Shown piece by piece: positions 10,174-17,550 of a stretch of DNA of 64,000 bases. Position numbers and translations under genes: made by a program. The DNA is from Candidatus Latescibacterota bacterium (GTDB lineage Bacteria > Latescibacterota > UBA2968 > UBA8231): positions 448,001 through 512,000 of the forward strand of contig CBDFJF010000001.1 in the NCBI GenBank assembly GCA_965248265.1, given 5' to 3'. Position 1 is the first letter of the stretch, and the number at the start of each line of letters is the position of its first letter. The notes below the pieces were generated by a model, which had not been told where the DNA came from, did not search any database, and was given only the letters and a program-made list of their open reading frames with translations.

Positions 10174-11634
10174 ATGGCATCAGAGCACCAACCCAACGTG
10201 CTGTTGATAACGGCCGATCATTGGGCAGGACACCTGTTGGGGGTGGAGGGTCATCCTTGCATCCAGACCCCCACCCTGGATGAACTGTCGCGTTCGGGGA
10301 CCCGTTTCACGCGGGCCTACACCGAGTCTCCCGTGTGCGTGGCGGCCCGTCGCAACCTGATGACCGGATGCCCTCAGCGTCACAATGGGGGCCGAGTGTG
10401 GCAGGCGACCGCAGAAATGGCGACCGTGCCGACGCTGGCTCAAACCTTCCGCGATGCAGGGTATCAGGCCTACGGCGTGGGCAAGTTGCATGTCTATCCA
10501 CAGCGGGATCGCATCGGGTTTGATGACGTGATCCTGTCCGAAGAGGGACGCACGCAGTTCGGTGTTGTAGACGATTACGAGATGTACCTGGCCGAGCAGG
10601 GCCACCCCGGTCAGTATTTCACCCACGGGATGAGCAACAACGAGTACGTGACACGACCCTGGCACCTGGCCGAGGAGCATCACGTCACCAACTGGGCGAC
10701 ACGGGAGATGGTGCGGACGATCGTGCGCCGCGACCCTACCCGCCCCGCTTTCTGGTACCTGTCGTTCGTGCATCCGCATCCCCCGCTGGTGCCACTGCAG
10801 GCCTATCTCGACATCTACCGGGAGATGCAGATCGACATGCCTGCTGTCGGAGAGTGGGCGGCGGATGTGGACTCACTGCCGTATGCACTACGCCGCGCCC
10901 GCGCCCATGGCGAGCGTATCAGCGATCACCAGATGCGGGCGGCGAGGCGCGCCTTTTATGCCCTGTGCACGCACATCGACCATCAGCTGCGCGTCGTCAT
11001 CGGCACGCTGCGTGAGCACGGGCTGCTCGACAACACCATCATCCTGTTTTCTGCCGACCATGGAGACATGCTGGGCAAGCACGGGTTGTGGAAGAAGCAA
11101 GTGCACTACGAGGAGTCGGCCCGGGTGCCGATGATCCTGCTCGGACCGGAAGGTGACTCGCGGGTCAGGCATGACCGGGTCGACGATCGCCTGGTCGGAC
11201 TCCAGGACGTGATGCCAACCTTGCTGGATCTGGCTGGCGTCGACATTCCGGACTCCGTCAAGGGACAGTCGATGGTATCTTCTCAGCGTCGGGAGCATCT
11301 GTTCTGCGAGCACTCGGAAGGCGGCTCGGCGACACGGATGGTGCACGACGGCCGGTTCAAGCTGATTTATTATCCCACTGGCAACCGCTTGCAGCTGTTC
11401 GATATGGAGGACGATCCCGAAGAGCTCGTGGATCTTCATTCATCAGAGAAACACCTCTCGGATAGGGAGAGGCTGACATCCCTGTTGGCGGGGGAGCTCT
11501 ACGGCAGCGATCTCACATTCATCCAGGACGGGAAATTGGTCGGTGATGCGGATATGGTTTACGAAGAGGGACCCAATCGCGGCCTGACAACCCAACGCGG
11601 AGGGCACTGGCCGCTACCGCCCGTCACTGATTGA
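10174..11634 (+). CDS. Sulfatase (formylglycine-dependent family)
   Basis: PNVLLITADH, TPTLD, SPVCVAARRNLMTG, GKLH, HPHPP, SADHGD, K...YEESARVP. Confidence 0.92.
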   Translation: MASEHQPNVLLITADHWAGHLLGVEGHPCIQTPTLDELSRSGTRFTRAYTESPVCVAARRNLMTGCPQRHNGGRVWQATAEMATVPTLAQTFRDAGYQAYGVGKLHVYPQRDRIGFDDVILSEEGRTQFGVVDDYEMYLAEQGHPGQYFTHGMSNNEYVTRPWHLAEEHHVTNWATREMVRTIVRRDPTRPAFWYLSFVHPHPPLVPLQAYLDIYREMQIDMPAVGEWAADVDSLPYALRRARAHGERISDHQMRAARRAFYALCTHIDHQLRVVIGTLREHGLLDNTIILFSADHGDMLGKHGLWKKQVHYEESARVPMILLGPEGDSRVRHDRVDDRLVGLQDVMPTLLDLAGVDIPDSVKGQSMVSSQRREHLFCEHSEGGSATRMVHDGRFKLIYYPTGNRLQLFDMEDDPEELVDLHSSEKHLSDRERLTSLLAGELYGSDLTFIQDGKLVGDADMVYEEGPNRGLTTQRGGHWPLPPVTD

Positions 11635-11691
11635 CCAACCGCGTACGCGTCCACCGCCATCAACGAACACGCAGATGAAGGGCCATTTCTA

Positions 11692-12315
11692 GTGAACAAG
11701 GCGTTAACAATCGTGCTGCTGTCGTTTTTCCTTGTCCCGGAAGCGCGGTCCCAGGATACGGCGCTGGAACTGCCGTTGTCCGGTCAATACGTGAGTCTGA
11801 TTTCCGTCACCGGCGGCCCGTGGTTGGCAACGGAGCCGGGGCAGCAGGTGAATTTGATCTTCACAGCTGATGGACTCGTCGACGTCAAGCAGTTCGATTT
11901 TCTCGTTCGCCTGGATCCACCCGAGGCTTTCGACATTACCGGCGCCATCTTCCGCACGGATAATCCGTTTCTGAATCCCTTTCCCGGCGGTGTGGACCTG
12001 CTCTCTGATACGGAAATCAAGATGGGTGCCGCCATCCTCGGTACGAGCGTCGTGAATGGGGAGAGAATCCTCGGTACCCTGTCGATACCGACCAGTGAGA
12101 CGTTCACGAGGTCGCAACCAGCGCGGCTGGTGATACAGTCGTTTTCCGTCGGTCCATCCTCCTTCGATCGCGACACCTACGGCGAAACGGATTTGGAGCT
12201 TAGCATCGTCGTCAGCGATGCGCCCGTCGACCCAACCGTGGTGGATGTCGGTTCCTGGGGATCGGTGAAGGCACTGCAGGACGAGGAGGAGGAAGGAGAG
12301 GCCGATGCTGATTGA
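11692..12315 (+). CDS. Secreted hypothetical protein (cohesin-like beta sandwich?) with SWGSVK motif
   Basis: Signal peptide, beta-rich body, C-terminal PTVVDVGSWGSVKAL. Confidence 0.65.
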   Translation: MNKALTIVLLSFFLVPEARSQDTALELPLSGQYVSLISVTGGPWLATEPGQQVNLIFTADGLVDVKQFDFLVRLDPPEAFDITGAIFRTDNPFLNPFPGGVDLLSDTEIKMGAAILGTSVVNGERILGTLSIPTSETFTRSQPARLVIQSFSVGPSSFDRDTYGETDLELSIVVSDAPVDPTVVDVGSWGSVKALQDEEEEGEADAD

Positions 12316-13414
12316 TCGCCTGGATGTCTACTACGTCGTCATGCCATTGCTCTATCCCTGGCGCACCGCCTACGGCGAGGATGCCGACATTCACTCGGTA
12401 CTGATCAAGGCGACGACCAGGGACGGGGCTGAAGCCTGGTCGGAGAGCACATCCTTTTTCGCCCCGACTTATCTGTCCGAGAGTGCCGGTTCCGTGTTCT
12501 ACCATGTCAGCGAGGTGTTCGGGCCTTACATCGTAGGCAGGGAGTACGAGACGGCAGCTGAGCTCAACACCAGATTGCAGGTCTTCAAGGGCAACAGCTT
12601 CGCCAAGGCGGCCATCGAGATCGCCTGGTGGACGCTGCAGAGTCGGATCACCGCCACCCCGCTGCACCGGCTGCTGGGGGGTCAGACCCGCGACGTGGTC
12701 GCCGGCGCTGATTTTGGCATCCAGGACTCCTTCGACATGCTGGTCGGCAATATCCAGAAGGCCGTCGATGCCGGGTTTCCCCGGATCAAGCTGAAAGCGG
12801 GACCGGGGTGGGATCTCGAGATGCTGAAAGTCGTTACCACGACTTTTCCGGAGACGACCTTCCACATCGATTGCAACTCCGGCTACACCCTGGATGACCT
12901 GCCGTTTTTCAAGGCCATAGACGACATGGGGCTGGCTTTCATCGAGCAACCCCTGCACCACACGGATATTCTCGACCATGCGGAGTTGGCAAAGCAGATT
13001 CAGACGCCGATCTGCCTGGACGAATCGATCATCGATGTCCGTTGCGCCGAACAGGCCATCCACGTCGGTGCATGCCGCTACATCAATATCAAACCTGGAA
13101 GAATAGGCGGACTGTCTAACGCGCTCGCCGTGCATGATCTGGCGCGCGACGCTGGAATTCCGGTGTGGATTGGTGGGATGTTGGAGAGCGCTGTGGGTGG
13201 GTCGATCTGCGTGGAGCTGGCGACCCTGGACAACTTTACCTATCCCGGCGACCTGTTCCCGTCATCCAGATTCTATCAGCAGGATCTGGCAGATCCTGCC
13301 TTGGAACTCAGCCCCGGTTGCGTGTTCAAACCCTTTGCCGGGGAGTTGCCCGTTCCCAATCCTGACAGACTTCAGCAACAGACCCTGCGCCATCAGGTCG
13401 TGACCTCGGACTAG
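12305..13414 (+). CDS. menC: o-Succinylbenzoate synthase / N-acylamino acid racemase (enolase superfamily)
   Basis: RIKLK, DCN, EQP, DES, NIKPGRIGG, GGMLES motifs of the OSBS/NAAAR family. Confidence 0.8.
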   Translation: MLIDRLDVYYVVMPLLYPWRTAYGEDADIHSVLIKATTRDGAEAWSESTSFFAPTYLSESAGSVFYHVSEVFGPYIVGREYETAAELNTRLQVFKGNSFAKAAIEIAWWTLQSRITATPLHRLLGGQTRDVVAGADFGIQDSFDMLVGNIQKAVDAGFPRIKLKAGPGWDLEMLKVVTTTFPETTFHIDCNSGYTLDDLPFFKAIDDMGLAFIEQPLHHTDILDHAELAKQIQTPICLDESIIDVRCAEQAIHVGACRYINIKPGRIGGLSNALAVHDLARDAGIPVWIGGMLESAVGGSICVELATLDNFTYPGDLFPSSRFYQQDLADPALELSPGCVFKPFAGELPVPNPDRLQQQTLRHQVVTSD

Positions 13415-13430
13415 GAGCCCGTGGCCGGGC

Positions 13431-14600
13431 TTATTCCGTATTCGTCATGATGTGGTGGTAGATCTCGACTGCTTCGAGTACCTGCTCACATTCCACCCAT
13501 TCAACGGCACCATGCGCCTGGTCGATACTGCCGGGCCCCAGGACGATGGCCGGGACTCCTGCGTCAGCGAACGGACTGCCATCCGTGCCGTAAGGGACGC
13601 CGGCGATGGTGGCGTCGCCGAGAACGGCCCGGCAGGCAGCGACGGAGCTGTTGACGATGGGCGCATCCTCGGCCGTGCCCATCGCTCCACAGGCAAACAT
13701 CAACGGTCTCTCGATGCGGGCGTCCAACTTGGAGTCCTCGGCACCGGCGGCTGAGATGATCTGCTCGAATGCACCGACGACGCTCTCAGGCGTGTCTCCG
13801 GGCAGGATGCGGCAGTCCACGGCAGCGCGGCAGCTGTCGGGGACGAAGTTGATCTGAGCGCCTCCTTCGACGATGCCGACATTGAATGTGGGGTTGCCCA
13901 GGAGAGGGTCGCTCCTGGACTCGTACTGCGGACCCAGTTCATCCTCGAGGCGGACGATGAGCCGCGCCATCTTGTTGATGGCGTTAACTCCCAGGTACGG
14001 CTTGGAACTGTGCGCCGCCTTGCCGTTGACGATGATATGGAAGCGGATGACGCCTTTGTGGCCGCGGATAACTTCGAGATCCGTGGGTTCGGCGATGACG
14101 GCGGCTTCCGCATTCACCAGCGGAGCCATGTGCCTGGCGCCACGCATCAGGTGCTCTTCATCCACGGCGCCGGCATAGGCGATCGACATGGGCGGCACGG
14201 TGCCAGTCTCAACCAGTCGTTTCATGGCATGAATCATGGCAACGCCGCCAGCCTTGGTGTCGCATGAGCCACGGCCATAGAGCAGGCCATCGCGGATGTG
14301 CGGCTCAAACGGGGGGATGGTCATGACTTCGGCTGATGCCGTATCCATGTGGCATTCGAACAGCAGGATGCGATCAGGATTCTGGCCTTGTAGTGTGGCG
14401 ACAATGTTGTTGCGTCCCGGCAGCGCTTCTGACAACTGGTAGGGAATATTCAAGTCGGTGAAAAATCCGGCCAGGTAGTCGACCATGCCGGCCTCGCCTC
14501 GGTCCTTGCCCCCTGGAAGCGAGGGATTGACGCTGTCGATGGCGACGACCTCTTGCAGGGTTGCGAGAATCTCGTTTTCACTGCGCGTCCAGGTAGCCAT
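13431..14600 (-). CDS. M20 family ArgE/DapE-like deacylase
   Basis: HMDT, GRGSCDTK, DEE, AEPT, AAHSS, GTDG, GPG...AH. Confidence 0.9.
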   Translation of the reverse strand: MATWTRSENEILATLQEVVAIDSVNPSLPGGKDRGEAGMVDYLAGFFTDLNIPYQLSEALPGRNNIVATLQGQNPDRILLFECHMDTASAEVMTIPPFEPHIRDGLLYGRGSCDTKAGGVAMIHAMKRLVETGTVPPMSIAYAGAVDEEHLMRGARHMAPLVNAEAAVIAEPTDLEVIRGHKGVIRFHIIVNGKAAHSSKPYLGVNAINKMARLIVRLEDELGPQYESRSDPLLGNPTFNVGIVEGGAQINFVPDSCRAAVDCRILPGDTPESVVGAFEQIISAAGAEDSKLDARIERPLMFACGAMGTAEDAPIVNSSVAACRAVLGDATIAGVPYGTDGSPFADAGVPAIVLGPGSIDQAHGAVEWVECEQVLEAVEIYHHIMTNTE

Positions 14601-14606
14601 GAGCAA

Positions 14607-15082
14607 TCACAGAATCCTGAGGACTGAGTTGACGAATGTGGCGAACACGTCGATGCCGAAGAATAGCCTGAGGAGCTCGTGGACCGCCAGCGGTGAGGCC
14701 AGCAAGAAAGCCAGTGGCAGGCTGCTGTGCAGGGAAAACTTCTCGCGGTTTGCGTGAAACCAGGCCCACAGGATGATCAGCAGTGACGCCCCGATGATCA
14801 GGCCACCCAGCAGGTTGAGAATCCAGACCAGAGCAACCGGAAGGCCCCAGATCGAACCGATGATGTTGTAGGAAAATGGCAACAAATTCGCCCAGAACAG
14901 GCGGTGGTCACGGAGGCCCCGTAGACGAGAACGCCGACGCTCAGACTGCCTCCGGCCAGAGCAAACAGGTCGAGTGGCTGGCGCATTGCGGCGTGCCACC
15001 ACGTCACCGTGGCGATGTGGAGCCACATAAAGAACAGCGCCAGGAAGAGGGCCCTGGCATGATTCGGGGGAGTGAAGGACAT
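14607..15082 (-). pseudogene. Small multi-pass membrane protein split by a frameshift (or sequencing error) at the C4 run 14917-14920
   Basis: The hydrophobic N-terminal half (frame of 14798..15082) and hydrophobic C-terminal half (frame of 14607..15026) join at ...GVLVYG / GLRDHRLFW... into a continuous ~158-aa membrane protein. Confidence 0.6.
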
Positions 15083-15102
15083 GGGTGTCGGTTTTTGGCG
15101 AG

Positions 15103-15648
15103 TCAGTTGCTCTGAGGCATCTCTTCGAGTGGAATCTCCTTGACCAGTTTCTCTATTTGCCGGGCCTGTAACTCGCCCAAATCAGCCTTCCTGTCCTCCG
15201 CACCATGTCTACTCACAAACGCGCGCATCTCCCGCATCAATCGCATATGCAGACCCGCCAGCAGACTGCCGCTTTCGACATCCCTGGCAATGTGCTGGTC
15301 AAAGAAGCGCTCCGCCGCCTGACGCACGTCGGGGTCGTTGTATATCTGGAGGTGGTCTTGCTGGACGGGAGACAGGGTGAGTGACACCAGCTGTTCGATG
15401 AAGCGCTCGCGAAAACCGGACATGTCGGGCCGGTTGGGCTCATAGGAGATAAGCTCGCCGATGTGGCGGCATCCCAGTGCCGTGTAGATGCGATCGAGCG
15501 TTTTCAGGTCGATGCGCTCGATGTCGCCGTTCACCAACCGATTAATCTGCTGCCGTGGCACACCGATCTTGCGCGCCAACTCGGCCTGACTGGGTGAGCC
15601 GGGCCGCTCAAGAAGGTCCTTCAGTCTGAACTTCATCATAGTGGTCAT
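15103..15648 (-). CDS. XRE/Cro-C1 family HTH transcriptional regulator with C-terminal extension
   Basis: FRLKDLL...SQAELARKIGVPRQQINRLVNGDIERIDLKTLDRIYTALGC...GELISY is a typical HTH_26-like domain. Confidence 0.88.
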   Translation of the reverse strand: MTTMMKFRLKDLLERPGSPSQAELARKIGVPRQQINRLVNGDIERIDLKTLDRIYTALGCRHIGELISYEPNRPDMSGFRERFIEQLVSLTLSPVQQDHLQIYNDPDVRQAAERFFDQHIARDVESGSLLAGLHMRLMREMRAFVSRHGAEDRKADLGELQARQIEKLVKEIPLEEMPQSN

Positions 15649-15690
15649 CCACGTTCCATGTTATTTACCCACCTTCCGTGGCTTTTGCAC

Positions 15691-15719
15691 AACTTACAAC
15701 TCTACAAATATCGAGTCAA
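15691..15719 (-). promoter_or_regulatory. Sigma70-like promoter for the XRE gene
   Basis: Minus strand TTGACT-N17-TAAGTT in an AT-rich intergenic region. Confidence 0.5.
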
Positions 15720-15734
15720 CAGATTTATGCACAT

Positions 15735-15778
15735 ATGTCATCAAAAGAGTTGACATTCGTAAACACATAAATTACCTT
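15735..15778 (+). promoter_or_regulatory. Sigma70-like promoter of the Ubl operon with overlapping palindromic operator
   Basis: TTGACA (15750-15755)-N17-TACCTT; inverted repeat ATGTCA-N10-TGACAT (15735-15756) overlaps the -35. Confidence 0.55.
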
Positions 15779-15849
15779 GAGCGCGAAATTCATCCATCCC
15801 ATGAAACTTTGTGGGTTATTGTTTTACTATTTGACACTAAGGAGCGCTC

Positions 15850-16157
15850 ATGTTTCAGACCAGCTTGCGCTACGGCATTCAAAAGGCGATGGAGTCCGAC
15901 GTAGAGCCGGAGCAGTTGCGCACAACGGTAGGGCAGCAAAGGTAGGGCAGCAAATCGAGTATTTGCTGGACGAGTCAGATGATCCGCAGGTAACCGCACA
16001 GATTCGCCAGGCCCTGCGGGATCCACAGGCCACGATCGAAGTGAAGTCTGGAAGCCAGATTCAGACGGCTACTCCCAACATGCCTCTGCGTGAATTGTTG
16101 CCACCCAACAGCGAGAAGATCGAGATCACGGTTAGCCAGCCACACGCGGGAGGCTGA
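15850..16157 (+). pseudogene. Ubiquitin-like (beta-grasp) protein with C-terminal Gly-Gly, interrupted by a 14-bp tandem duplication
   Basis: TAAGGAG RBS 5 nt before ATG 15850. Removing one GGTAGGGCAGCAAA copy gives a 97-aa ORF, MFQTSLRYGIQKAMESDVEPEQLRTTVGQQIEYLL...PNMPLRELLPPNSEKIEITVSQPHAGG*. It lies upstream of an E1. Confidence 0.8.
15927..15954 (+). repeat. Perfect 14-bp tandem duplication (GGTAGGGCAGCAAA)x2
   Basis: Directly visible; creates an in-frame TAG at 15943-15945. Confidence 0.95.
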
Positions 16158-16164
16158 TTCACCC

Positions 16165-17550
16165 GTGAATGGTGGTCCCACAGTGCGTCGCCTCCACCGT
16201 GAACGGGAGGCTCGGATCGTGCAAGCACGGATCACGCAACCGTACGGGAGACAACGCACTACAAGGCGGCCGCGGGCCCACAACGGGAGGGCCAACACGC
16301 CAGAGATCGAGCCCGGGTATTTGCACCACGGATTGGTGCCGCACCCGGAGCTGGTCGTTCCCGCGGCTGCATCGCCGAAGGCTCCATTCCCGCTCAGCAT
16401 CGTCAGCGTGCTCGGGGCCACGGGCAATTGTGATGGCGTGTTCGTCCTCGACGGTCAACTGGGACGCTTGTCCCAGCACAAGCAGTCCCCGACAGACCTG
16501 TTTGTCGAATACGGCGGCATCAGGCAGTACATCCACTTCCAAGCAAGCGTTGAGGAGCGACTCGGAGAGACCGTACGTGCGCGGCTGCCCAGCATCTGGC
16601 AGTGGTTCAGCCAGGCGGGAGCTCGGCGCTATGCCGAACTGGATGGTTGGAGCACGCCGCTGTCGGCTGTGGCGGTCGATCGGGTTGACGGATTCGTCGC
16701 GGAGCGGCTGATCCCCTTCATTGAGGAGCACGTCGAGGAACAGGGTGCACTGGAGCAACAACCGAGCGCGTTTTCGTTCGAGTCCGTGGTTGATCGAGTG
16801 ATGCCAGGCCTGGCAGGCTCCTTCGCCTTTCTCGCTGGCCGCTGGATGCGTTTGATTCCCTTCTTCGGCAGGCCCAGGCCAGGACAGCCACTGCTTCGGG
16901 TGGGCAACGAATACCTGGTCGGCATACAATCGCAGCCTTCAGCCGTTGCCGTGGCGACCTACGATACCGCGCTGCGAGATGCCGTGTGCGCCGCCTGCGC
17001 GGCGGCGGCACGCGATGGTGATCACAGCGACACCCGCAGCGGAGGCGATCTCTACAGACAGGAGCCCTACGCCGTGATCCGCACGCCGCGCGGCCGCTGT
17101 TTTGTGTGTCAGCGCCTGCCGCCGTACGTGGTGGAGGGAATGGACAAGAAGCTCTACTACTTCGATGGCGCCGAGATCGGCATTCACGTGACAACGACCC
17201 AGGTGCAGAGCGTCATCACCTGCGCCTGTGTCCAGGTGCTGCATTCCTACAAACACATGTTCGTGGGCACACTGGGCACCGGCAACTTTATCTGCATGCC
17301 TCGAGATCATTCCTACTACCAGGCCCTCAACCGGGAACCGCTCGAGCGCGCTCTCATCGAGCATCTGGAGTCGGCGCGTATGACCCTGTGTGCCGGCTAC
17401 CAACCAGTCAACTCATCAGTCCACCGTATCCAGAGCGTGGGACGTCGGACGATCAGTCTGTCCGAAGTCCGCAGGAGAAACCTGCCCGTCTACTGGTATT
17501 ACGAACCACGCCGGAGCGCGCGCTCGAAAGTCATGTCGATGTTCGTGTGA
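16165..17550 (+). CDS. Uncharacterised protein with putative C-terminal E2 (UBC)-like domain
   Basis: Sits between Ubl and E1, with TGATG coupling to E1. YKHMFVGTLGTGNFICMP followed by an amphipathic helix (LERALIEHLESARMTL) resembles the E2 HPN...G-x-IC catalytic region. Start GTG 16165 is inferred. Confidence 0.55.
   Translation: MNGGPTVRRLHREREARIVQARITQPYGRQRTTRRPRAHNGRANTPEIEPGYLHHGLVPHPELVVPAAASPKAPFPLSIVSVLGATGNCDGVFVLDGQLGRLSQHKQSPTDLFVEYGGIRQYIHFQASVEERLGETVRARLPSIWQWFSQAGARRYAELDGWSTPLSAVAVDRVDGFVAERLIPFIEEHVEEQGALEQQPSAFSFESVVDRVMPGLAGSFAFLAGRWMRLIPFFGRPRPGQPLLRVGNEYLVGIQSQPSAVAVATYDTALRDAVCAACAAAARDGDHSDTRSGGDLYRQEPYAVIRTPRGRCFVCQRLPPYVVEGMDKKLYYFDGAEIGIHVTTTQVQSVITCACVQVLHSYKHMFVGTLGTGNFICMPRDHSYYQALNREPLERALIEHLESARMTLCAGYQPVNSSVHRIQSVGRRTISLSEVRRRNLPVYWYYEPRRSARSKVMSMFV

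Noticed and set aside
15777-16157. 126-aa ORF as given in the track
   Set aside because: Its N-terminus runs through the promoter region with no RBS; the strong RBS and ATG at 15850 plus the 14-bp duplication explain the locus better.
17106-17549. N-terminal extension of the E1 ORF
   Set aside because: Overlaps the upstream gene by 445 bp; ThiF similarity starts at ATG 17550 with TGATG coupling.
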